A stretch of DNA of 64,000 nt, from positions 354,069-418,068 of IMG/VR virus record IMGVR_UViG_3300021400_000025, one strand, 5' to 3'. The translations under genes and the position numbers were made by a program. The notes under the pieces are model-generated. The model was not told the DNA's origin. It saw only the letters and a list, made by a program, of their open reading frames with translations, and did no database searches. This stretch comes from a virus (lineage: Duplodnaviria > Heunggongvirae > Uroviricota > Caudoviricetes). Within the stretch, counting starts at the first letter, position 1; each line of letters opens with the position of its first letter. This document shows, piece by piece, positions 54,827-64,000 of this stretch.

Positions 54827-55225
54827 TCAATGTGTATATCTTTCTGTGAATTGCCTGAACAGAAGGTTTCCCTTCAAGAACGCCTCGCTTTCTATCTTTT
54901 TCAACCTTGGTGCTTGGGCAAGTGGCATGTCCCCCTCTGACATTGCGAATTGCCTTGGATTCACTATGTTCTGGTTCCTGTGAACCATTTCGTGGCAGAA
55001 TGTCCTGAGAATGTCCTTGATGTGCCTGTTGTCTATGAACAGAACCAACTTGTTGTCGGTTGGGTCATAGTATCCCGTCTTGATGAAAAGTTCGTCCTCT
55101 GGATTTGGGGTCTGGTCAAGAACAACCTATGGCATTGGTTCATGTTCAAAACCAATCTCCTGGAAATACTTGACGATTTCCTCAATCCAGAAGTTGAGCA
55201 TGTCTATCTTGTTTTCGTTGTCCAT
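54827..55225 (-). CDS. Zincin-like metallopeptidase (HExxH; TAG 55127-55129 read through)
   Basis: TGYYDP..RHIKDILRTFCHEMVH..ESEA. Confidence 0.7.
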
Positions 55226-55272
55226 GATAGATGTATTTACCACACAATGAATGAAATGGTAAATAGCACTGT

Positions 55273-57411
55273 ATGAAAAAGTATGTGTTGAACATAGAGA
55301 GACTTTACAGTGGACAGACCGCCAACGCATTGGTTCTGAACCAGGTTGACGAGGAGTTTCCTGTTCTTCTTCCGTCAGTTCCAGAAGATGTGGAAGATCT
55401 TCTCGGATGGATTGAAAAATGCAGAGAAATCCATCCATCATTCACGCCACCAAGTCTCAGATTGACAAGGGAACGTCTCAATGAGTGCATCATTGACTTC
55501 AACCTTGACCTTCAGACAAAGTTCAAGGACAAGGGGCATTCGGAATTGTACATGATGGATGATACTTTGTCTGGGATGAAAAATTCATAGTTGGACAATC
55601 TTCCTTCCAATGGAAAGAGGTACATGCATTGTCTGAACGGATTGAAGGAGCAAGGGACGAATGATGATGATGAAAATGTCTATCTGACATAGTTGAATGT
55701 TCTGTTCCCATTCAAGAAGATGTCCAACAAGTCCTTGTATGCGTCCAATTTGAAGATAAGACCTTATGTGGAGATTGACGATGATCTTGAGCGTTCCAGA
55801 AACATCACCCTCCAGGGGAGGATAAGCTACAAGGATTGTCTGCGCGATGTGGAGCAGGTGGGCAACAACATATATGCCATGTCGCCTTTGATGGAGGTGG
55901 GTGAATCTGCATCCAACGCTGTGTTTGGCAATGGATTGACATTGGTGAATGGACATGACGCGCCATATCACTTTCCAAACACGATGACGCTTTTCCAGCA
56001 GAGCCAAGACAGATACGAGAACTCCACAGTCAAGGACTTCGTGAAATGGTGCGAAACGCATTCAAGGAAGACTGTTGTGTCTTTCAAGGAAGTCTATGGC
56101 TAGAACGTCTCTGAACTCAAATGCCTTGGAAATGGATCCTTTGAGATTGAACTTGCCACATATTCCCCAACAGATCTTGTTCTATATGGTGAGGACGACA
56201 AGCCGGTTCCTATTGGCTTGAACTCCACCACCTGGAGATCCATCAGGATGGGCAGTTCCTCATTGGGCAGGTACAAGTCTGGAAGGTATGTTCTAAACAA
56301 TGGAAACGCCAAGCAAGTTGGGTTTCTGTTCAATCTATACGACACATTCATCAGTGGAAAGGACAGGATAATCCACATCAAAGTGCCAAGAAATCCCGAC
56401 TACAATCAAATGGAGTTGAAGTTCGATTATGGATGCTAGAAGCCCAAAGACTTCAACTATCCAATGGAAGCCACGATCATGTTGGACGACAAGGTTGTAT
56501 TTGATGATGAATCCGATAATCTAGTCAACGAGTTCAAGCCATTCATTGAACCCATATCCAACACCACATTGAAGGACAATGATTTCAATCTGATTGTGAG
56601 AATCCACTTTGATGTTGATTTTGGAAGAAGGAACTCGGATTCCACATACCAGGATCAGTTGAGGAACACAGGTGTTGTGATTAGGAACATCAGAGTTGTG
56701 GGCAAGGGGACTGACGATTCATATCTTTCACGCCGTCATTTGACATTTGGCGATTATGTGAACGAGGATGGCATATCTGAAGATGAGAGAATTGAACGAT
56801 TGAAGACTTTCTGGAAGGTGTGCAGATATCATAGGGACATCGCCTATCAGACGATAGTGGAATCTTCATTGAAGAACATGATTGGCTCTGGAATTGCATG
56901 CCCCAACAACTATTCCACTGGGGATTTGTATGGCGATGCATTCGTGGCAAAATCTGTTCTGGATCCCAGATATGACATGAATCTTTCTGAATGCAGCGAC
57001 GACATGTTGTGTGGCGTGGGCAGGGAGTATTTGGGCATGGGAAGTTGTTCTGATCAATTGTCATTGGTCTACAAGCCCCTGATGATGAAAGTGTCTTGCG
57101 ATGAAAATGGCAATGTGGCAACCGAGAGGGTGAACCCAGAGCCAGCGTTGAAGTATCAGATGGTTGAGGTGGTCAAGAACATCAACAGGTTCGAGTCCTC
57201 AATCAAGCACAAGTCCAACGTTTTCTCGGTTGTGGTTGAGAATTCCAACCTCGCAAAGTCAAGCAAGGACGAAAAGGACATGACCGAAGAAGAAAGGACA
57301 TTGGAGAAGTACAAGGAACAGTTGAGGGATTCAGTGACGCAGTTCGTGAGGAACATATGTGAAGGAACAACCCCAGTCCACACTCAATTGTTCGATGTCC
57401 AGTTCACATGA
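55273..57411 (+). CDS. 712-aa probable baseplate/structural protein (4 TAG: 55588, 55690, 56101, 56437)
   Basis: Four track ORFs in one frame; C-terminal PVHTQL wedge-like ending; GTAAATA upstream. Confidence 0.65.
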
Positions 57412-57415
57412 TGTG

Positions 57416-57453
57416 AAGAAGACGCCACTTTTTCATGTGGCGTCTTCTTGTTT
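57416..57453. terminator. Bidirectional terminator
   Basis: AAGAAGACGCCAC-tttttcat-GTGGCGTCTTCTT. Confidence 0.75.
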
Positions 57454-57476
57454 TCTGTCCAATGCGATGTCTCGTC

Positions 57477-57698
57477 TTACTTGCGTCTGTACACTATCCG
57501 TCCCTTTGTCAGGTCATACAAGGACATTTCAAATTCAACCTTGTCCCCAAGTGTCAGCTTGATGGAGTTCATCTTCATCTTGCCATTCAACTTGCACAGC
57601 ACCTTCCTCTGCGTTTCGTCGTCCTCAACTTCGTATGCGCCACCATGAACCTTGGTGATTGTCCCAGTGCGCCTTATAGTATCCTCTTTTTCCTTCAT
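57477..57698 (-). CDS. infA: Translation initiation factor IF-1
   Basis: LCKLNGKMKMNSIKLTLGDKVEFEMSLYDLTKGRIVYR. Confidence 0.9.
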   Translation of the reverse strand: MKEKEDTIRRTGTITKVHGGAYEVEDDETQRKVLCKLNGKMKMNSIKLTLGDKVEFEMSLYDLTKGRIVYRRK

Positions 57699-57706
57699 AT
57701 GACCTT

Positions 57707-58033
57707 TCAAGAATTGCGTTTGATTGAATCCAGAACAAACTGCATGATGATGTTCTTGAGGGAATCGTGGTATTTCACACCATCGCCATTCCCCCAATTC
57801 TCGTCAGGCTTGTCGTTCACCAATCTAATCACATTGAAATTATACAACTTCTCGCTTGGATTGTAAAGGTCTTTCTTCAAGTCCTGTGAAACACAATACT
57901 CAAGCACATTGAGTATGTCGGCGTGGTTCCTCAGAAAGTGCTTTTTCGCGCTGTGGAACTCGTACTCGTAGTTCCTATCGTTGTAATGCACGGCGTATCG
58001 CACATGCGTCTTCTTGTCAGGTTCTTTTTCCAT
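57707..58033 (-). CDS. Hypothetical protein
   Basis: ORF between DUF932 and infA. Confidence 0.55.
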   Translation of the reverse strand: MEKEPDKKTHVRYAVHYNDRNYEYEFHSAKKHFLRNHADILNVLEYCVSQDLKKDLYNPSEKLYNFNVIRLVNDKPDENWGNGDGVKYHDSLKNIIMQFVLDSIKRNS

Positions 58034-58115
58034 TTCAGTTTTCTCTCTGTTCAGTTTATGGGCGATCTGGACAAGCTGCTAGGAACCAACTCGTCCAGAC
58101 CACCCAAAATGGTTT

Positions 58116-59048
58116 TTACGCAACCTTCTGGCCGGTCACGGCCTCAAGTTTCTTCAGAAACCCACCAAAGGTGGACTTGCCAATCGTGGTATCCATGAAG
58201 CGGCGCTCGAAGGTCTTGGTTTTCGTGCCAGACACGGTGTGCGTGGTGTAGTCGGCGTAGGCGCGAATCAGACCCCAGGCGTCACCATGGTGCGCCTTGT
58301 TTCCGGCGTCGTTGAAGCAGGCGATGAACTCCTGACGCTTCTTCAGGATGCCAGCCTTGGTCGTCTCGCTCATGTTCTCCTTGATGGGGAACAGGATTTC
58401 CACAAACAGCGCAATCTGCTCCTTGTCCATCTTGATGGAGGCGTACTTCTCTGCCGCCTTGCGCAGACCATCCATGTACTCGCGTACAGTCACCAGAGCG
58501 GCCTGACCCTGCTTCATGCGCGCGGGGAGCGAGGACTTGTGGAGAATGGAGATCGTGTTCGTGATCCCATTGAAGCCAATGTTGAACTGGGCGTAGTTCG
58601 CGGAGGACACAGCCACGATGTTGGCGCGGACCTTGTACTTGCCATTGAAGGAATTCTGGAGGACAATGCAGGGCGTGTAGTCCTCTCCAAGAATCTTGAT
58701 GGAAGGAAGCTGACCCACAACCCAGCAGAGACCAGAATAGGTCAGACCACCACGGGTGAAGGTCAGGTTCGGGTCAATGTAGTCGGCGAAGCCAAAGGCG
58801 GTCTCGTTCTGGCAAATCTCGTACCCCTTGCCAACGATGCCCATGTACCCCTCCTTGTCGGTGCGCACTGTTGCCAGCTTGTCGGAAATCTTCTTCATGT
58901 CTGGCCCAAAGTAAAGAGGACGCTTCTCAACCTCAAAGTTCAGACCACACTTCTTGAGCGCATCGTTGATCTTCTTCGTGTTCGCGCTCTTGCCGACCAT
59001 TTCCCAGGTCGCGCCATTGGTCTTCGTGGTTTTCGTGGACTTCGCCAT
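58116..59048 (-). CDS. DUF932-family protein
   Basis: GLNFEVEKRPL..ATVRTD..GIVGKGYEICQN..AF..NSFNG..H..AWGLI.A..DY..H. Confidence 0.8.
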   Translation of the reverse strand: MAKSTKTTKTNGATWEMVGKSANTKKINDALKKCGLNFEVEKRPLYFGPDMKKISDKLATVRTDKEGYMGIVGKGYEICQNETAFGFADYIDPNLTFTRGGLTYSGLCWVVGQLPSIKILGEDYTPCIVLQNSFNGKYKVRANIVAVSSANYAQFNIGFNGITNTISILHKSSLPARMKQGQAALVTVREYMDGLRKAAEKYASIKMDKEQIALFVEILFPIKENMSETTKAGILKKRQEFIACFNDAGNKAHHGDAWGLIRAYADYTTHTVSGTKTKTFERRFMDTTIGKSTFGGFLKKLEAVTGQKVA

Positions 59049-59138
59049 AACTATCTGCTCCTATCAGGGAACTCAAGGGCATCCCAATCTCCCATCTTTC
59101 AGGATTTGGCTCTCACACAAGAACCTTTGTCCCTCAAG

Positions 59139-59181
59139 AACACCTATATTATCTCATATTCCTGTCAGAAAGTCAATAGGG
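59139..59181 (-). promoter_or_regulatory. Sigma70-type early promoter
   Basis: TTGACT-N17-GATAAT-ATAGGTGTT. Confidence 0.7.
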
Positions 59182-59309
59182 TTAAATAGAATTTCTGAAA
59201 ATTATAATTGGTCAAATATGCAGAATATATGGATATTTTGCAATATAACGAAAGATGGCTGGGTTATTCGCCCAACCACCTTGCTCATTGATGTGTTTCA
59301 ACGTCCCTA

Positions 59310-60980
59310 TTACAGGTCATCGTCCTCAAGTTCTGAACCAGGGAGTTCAATATCAAGGTTCTCCAAATCTTCGTTTGGATAGACATCCTTCACATTCAAC
59401 TCAACAGTGACATTGTAGGGCTTGTTGCAATCGTTGCACCAGCATTCCACGTTGAACGTCTCGCCTTGCAGTCTGTCAAGGTTGGTGAAATTCAAGTCGT
59501 CCGAGCCAATGGAAACCTCGCAGTTGTTGCCACCACAATAGGGACATATCAACGCTGGGTCTGCACCTTCGATTTCCTTGCCGAATTTCCTGGATTCAGA
59601 ATAGTTGTATTCTTCAAGTGGCGTTCCATCCCAGACATAGAGCCTGTTGCTGCCTATCTTGAAGCCACGCTTGCCATATCTCACGGTAATGGGCTTGCAG
59701 TCTGGATCAATCCTGTCCGAGGGTTCTGCAGCACCATCTGACTGTGAACCGGTGTAGTTCTTCTTAAGGCGCTGAAGGACAAGTGTTGACTTTCCACGCT
59801 TCTCAATGACCTTGTAGAAAGTGGAAATCATGAAATCGTAGTAGGACGTGCAGTAAAGAATGTCGTCAACCTGAACATTGTCCGGGTTGGCAACTTCTCC
59901 AGAACTCTCTTTTGCCAATTTTCTTGATTCCTTGAACTTTAAGATTTTTCCCTTGTTTGTCTTGAACAGTTTTCCAGACTCGGAGACATACTCCAATTTT
60001 CCGTATTTCCTTTTGAAGTAGTTTGACTTCTCAAACCTTTCCTTCGTTATGTTCAGTTTTTTCATTGTTGTTTTCCTCTTACTGGATTCAGAAATCTTTG
60101 TGTTCTCTGACACTTCCTCTGCCCTTGGGCTTATGAACTCGCCATCAACTTGGTCTGTCTATGGCATGTCCTCCCTTCCATGTGCGTTTGGGGTTGGTTC
60201 TGCTTCTTTCCTCATTGTCTCCACATTCTGCCACATGTACTCTATTGGATCCTTTCCAGAAAGCAGCTTGTCGAAAATCCTCTTGGCATCGTCCGACATC
60301 GTGTTCTGACACCACTTCTTGAAAGAGTCCTCGTCGATGGTGTAGAGGTTGTAGCCAGATTCAACCTTGCTCTGTGGCAGTTCCTTTCCATCCTTTGCAA
60401 CGAAAATCTCCATCTGCACCAGTTTCAACGCATCATCTGGATGCTTGAGCATGTCCGACTTCAACACTCTCACAACCATCTTCGCGTCTGGATTCAGGCA
60501 ATAGACCTATGACCATCTGTGATGTCCATCAATGATGTAGTTGGTTCCCTCAATTTCGGCAACCACAAGGGGAAGACCCGCAAGTTTGACTGGCTTTCCA
60601 GAGAGGATGTCAACTATCCCTGCTGGCTTCTTCGCCAGTGGATATGACAGGGACTTCTCCATATCAACCTCGAACTGTGTTGGATGGATGTTCCTGATTG
60701 GCATCTCCGTCTCGTTTGAGAAGAACACCTGGACGCCATCCTTGCTGTTGAAGTTGTCAACGATTGCGTCACGAAGGTTCTTCACCTTTGGATCATTCGC
60801 CAACGTGTTCAAATCTTCAATGAACGCCTCGTAGTTGTCGTCCCTCAACACCACCATCGCCTTGTTGAAGTCATGTTCCTTGTCGCCTGTAGGCTCTATC
60901 TCCCCTATGCGCTCTCCACCAAAGTCTGGCTGATGTCTTCCTTTTTTCAATGTGGTTTTCATGATGTTTAATCTCTCCAT
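59310..60980 (-). CDS. ParB/Srx-like domain + KKLNITK tag + SH3-like + Zn-ribbon modules (TAG 60507, 60159 read through)
   Basis: IHPTQ..YIIDGHHRWS*VYCLNPDA; three track ORFs in frame; CPYCGG..CNDC. Confidence 0.72.
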
Positions 60981-60984
60981 ATGT

Positions 60985-62001
60985 TCATGCGAAGAAAACC
61001 TCTTGACCAAATGAAGTCTCCGCCCTCAGATTCTCCAACACCTTGTCAAGTTCCTCCTTGCCCTCGGCTCCAATCTCCTTTGAGACTGAACCTCCTCCCG
61101 GCAGGTTGATTCCTTCAAATTTCCCCCTGATGGACCCACATATGATTTTGCAGAACGCCAATGTCAGTTTCTTCACATGTTCGTTGCAATATAGTTCGTC
61201 CAAAGGCGGCTCCACCTCAATCTCCAGAACCATTGGAACTCCCCATCTTGGGTCGGGGATTCTCCCAAGTTCAGGATAGGGCCATAGTTCAGAATGATAG
61301 GGTGGTGGGGTGTTTCCACAATATCTGGGTTCTGGGATTATGATTAGTTTCTTGGACACCCTGTCGAACTGCCAATCTGGTTGGGTAGCCAGAACCCTCT
61401 GCGCCATCTTCTTGAACTCGACGAAATTGTGGTAGGTGACGAACGAACCAGCGAGATTGCCACTTCCAAAGTTCCCAGTTGAAGTTCTGTTGATCATCCA
61501 AGGAAGGACAACCCCCCATCCAGAGAAATCCACTCCGTACTGCAAATCGGTCACCTGGGTCGCATTCTCTCTCGTCAGGTCAAGACCAACTCCAGGAATG
61601 TACTGCCTTGAGGACTTCAAGACATATTTTCTCGGAAAGGTCGCATATTTCGTGTATAGCATCAATGCGTTCTGGATTGCTGTGTTGAAGTGGTTTTCCC
61701 TAAGTTCAACAGTCACAAGTGGATAGCCAAGCATGGAAAGAACCCAGTCAATCAACTCCTGCTTGCTCTTTATGGCAGGGTGAAGGAAAGTGGACTTATC
61801 GTCCACATGGGCTTCCTCGTACTTGGGATAGTCCTTCAATGGCGTCTCCTGCTCTGGCTTGAGGTAGGTGATGTGTTCGTCCTTCCTGGCTTCGTGGATT
61901 GCCTTGTGGGTTTCGTCGGAGACATCAGGCTTGATTTGCAAGATTCTGTTCAATCCTGCAATGTTGATGTCTGGAAGCCTGTCTGTCGTTGTTATCTTCA
62001 T
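60985..62001 (-). CDS. Neck protein, T4 gp13-like
   Basis: SKQELIDWVLSMLGYPLVTVEL..RGKFEGINLPGG. Confidence 0.8.
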   Translation of the reverse strand: MKITTTDRLPDINIAGLNRILQIKPDVSDETHKAIHEARKDEHITYLKPEQETPLKDYPKYEEAHVDDKSTFLHPAIKSKQELIDWVLSMLGYPLVTVELRENHFNTAIQNALMLYTKYATFPRKYVLKSSRQYIPGVGLDLTRENATQVTDLQYGVDFSGWGVVLPWMINRTSTGNFGSGNLAGSFVTYHNFVEFKKMAQRVLATQPDWQFDRVSKKLIIIPEPRYCGNTPPPYHSELWPYPELGRIPDPRWGVPMVLEIEVEPPLDELYCNEHVKKLTLAFCKIICGSIRGKFEGINLPGGGSVSKEIGAEGKEELDKVLENLRAETSFGQEVFFA

Positions 62002-62007
62002 CGCATA

Positions 62008-62955
62008 TCACATGTCGCTGTAAAGTCCAACGAAGGAGTCAACAATTTCTGCGAACTCCCTTGTTGAGATTTCCTCTTCATTGTCCTGATACATGTTCCT
62101 CCTCACAGAGACAATCTTCAAATACCCATCTTCATCGTTGCCCCAGCCAATTCCATCGAATTCCTCGCCAGATGGGAAATAGCATGTTCCATCCACTGTG
62201 TTGATGTTGCCCCAATCGCTTTCGTCTGCAAGGTCAATCATGAAGTCGTCAAAGTGTCCATCTTCGTCCACGACCTCAATCGAGAACCTTGTGTTGTCCT
62301 GGTCTTCTCCATCTTCTTCCATGCACTTGAACCTTGGATTGGATTCAGTACTTTCCTTGGAGAACTTCTTGCCAAATTTCTTGGAAGATTCATTTACATC
62401 ATAATTTTCATTGGATTTCCCAAATACAACAACAACTCTTCCATTTTCGTGTTTGATGTCCTTTATTTTGTCATAGCCAGAAAGTGCGCCTATTACCTTA
62501 TAGCCTGAGAACTTTTTCAAGTTCTTCTTGAAGAAACGACAAAGTTCCCACACAGTTGATGCAGACATGTGTTTGGAGTGTTTGCTTCCCTCATATGCAC
62601 CTGAAGGCCAACATATATTGTTTCCATAGGCAGATTGCAATGAATACCAGGTGATAAATGGTGTATATCCTTTTTTATCAATATACTCCTGCTGTTCTTC
62701 ATCAAGGGGATCATATGTAAAATATACTTCAGTGTCAAGCGCAGCATCTTCCCCAATTTTGTCTTGAATTTCCTCAAACTTCATCAAGAGATCTTCATAT
62801 GACATCCTTTCCGAAGATTCCTTGAACATCAATATCTTGCCTTTGCTGGTCTTGAACAACTTCCCCGATTCGGAAACATATTCCAGTTTCCCATACTTGT
62901 TCTTGAAGTATTTGGACTTCTCAAATGCCTCTTTCGTTATGTTCAGTCTTTTCAT
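62008..62955 (-). CDS. Modular hypothetical protein with N-terminal KRLNITK tag
   Basis: Tag at 62815-62955, AT-rich central module; GTAAATA at 62990. Confidence 0.7.
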   Translation of the reverse strand: MKRLNITKEAFEKSKYFKNKYGKLEYVSESGKLFKTSKGKILMFKESSERMSYEDLLMKFEEIQDKIGEDAALDTEVYFTYDPLDEEQQEYIDKKGYTPFITWYSLQSAYGNNICWPSGAYEGSKHSKHMSASTVWELCRFFKKNLKKFSGYKVIGALSGYDKIKDIKHENGRVVVVFGKSNENYDVNESSKKFGKKFSKESTESNPRFKCMEEDGEDQDNTRFSIEVVDEDGHFDDFMIDLADESDWGNINTVDGTCYFPSGEEFDGIGWGNDEDGYLKIVSVRRNMYQDNEEEISTREFAEIVDSFVGLYSDM

Positions 62956-62988
62956 CTTGATTTCCCCATAGATTGGTTATGTCATTTG

Positions 62989-63900
62989 TTATTTACCAAT
63001 CTTGGAGCGAATCAAGTCCTTGCATCTTTCTTGATCGTCAGCCCAATCTTGTTCAGAAATTGAAATCAGGGAAATGCCTTTGGATTCGCATTGCAGTTTC
63101 TTGAAGTGGTCTATTATCTTTCTATCCTCCAACGAATGCCAATATGTGCCGTTGTATTCGATGGCAACCTTGATGTCAGGTAGCCAGATGTCAAGTTCGT
63201 GATAAGACTTCCATCCATTCTCAGAATTCGGCTCCATTTGGGTTCTGTCGTTCTCAATTATCGTTCCGTTGTATATGGACTTGACATATTCCAATACTTC
63301 CTTCTCGCCTTTGGAGAATGTCTGTCCTTTTGGCATGGAGTAATACGGGTCGTTGTATCTCTCCATCTTTGTCTGCATTATCTTCTTCACAGCTTGCTCA
63401 GAACCACCACCATTTTTTACACCATATAGTTCCATGCATTTGTCTTCGTATTTTTGGTGGATTTCCTCTGACGCAAAACCAATTCCACCCCAGCGTTCTT
63501 CTGTTGTTTCTCGTACCTTGTCCTTAATTTCTTGGCAGTGCATTGGGTGGTCGCAACCATATGTCTCAATCAATGATTTTCTGTATGCTTTCTTGTAGTG
63601 GTCTGTCTTTTTCGCGCATTTGCAAGAACAAGCAGTTCTATCGTAGCCAGTGAATATATTGGCAACATTTTTTGTGATGGGATTGTTGCAGTCAGGAGCA
63701 TCGCATATTGGAAAATCGTGGATGTCGTTTAATAGCCAATACAGATGGGTCTACATGTTGTTATTCTTTAGTTTCTCGTTCTCATATGACATTATGAAAT
63801 CGAGAAGATGCTTGTTTTCTGGTCTGCGCAAGAATTTCCCATACTGAGTGTGATGGGCATCTACAATGCTCTTGATTTGCTGTATAATATCTATAGTCAT
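62989..63900 (-). mobile_element. Vsr/PD-(D/E)XK-type putative homing endonuclease (TAG 63751-63753 read through)
   Basis: SKGEKEV..ELDIWLPDIKVAIEYNGTYWH..K..C..GI.LI.I.E..W; repeated (E/K)xYG units; AAGGAG RBS at the 63900 start. Confidence 0.7.
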
Positions 63901-64000
63901 GTTCAATAGTCTCCTTATTGGATGTGATTAGAGGTTGATTGAAAGTAACGATTTCTTTCAACCTCGTTTCTATTTACAATTATACATCAAAAAACAGAAT

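Noticed and set aside
28343-57411. Pseudogenes or sequencing errors explaining the split ORFs
   Set aside because: All breaks are TAG, in frame, include essential genes such as the sheath, and align with Gln in an internal repeat
1-64000. Suppressor tRNA, other tRNA or release factor
   Set aside because: No cloverleaf or RF gene recognised by eye in the intergenic gaps; may lie outside the window (needs tRNAscan-SE/ARAGORN)

Overview
This window looks like part of a large T4-like (myovirus-type) jumbo phage of an anaerobe. It carries nrdD/nrdG, primase, UvsX/RecA, UvsY, gp32-like SSB, an Mre11/gp47-like nuclease, tail sheath, neck, baseplate, a tape-measure-like protein, Hsp20 and IF-1. The phage reads TAG as Gln (code 15): about 29 in-frame TAGs split genes in the supplied ORF track, and an internal protein repeat aligns two TAGs with CAG/CAA. 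The TAGs sit in structural or late-type genes and are absent from the replication and nucleotide-metabolism genes. Three candidate systems stand out. (1) A modular cargo architecture: a conserved ~47-aa tag in four genes plus many hydrophobic-x-E/(S,A,G) putative prohead-protease sites that bound swappable domains such as ArdA, ParB-like, WYL, LRR and nucleotidyltransferases. (2) A divergent locus with three paralogous Pol-beta-type nucleotidyltransferase domains fused to ligase-like, HxGH-cytidylyltransferase and Cas4-like nuclease domains. (3) A RuvC-dead TnpB/Cas12f-like gene followed by a ~700-bp non-coding tract with short purine-rich repeats and a highly structured putative RNA, next to uvsY-ssb. 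Three promoter classes can also be read from the sequence. All protein calls come from motif recognition by eye; no database searches were run.
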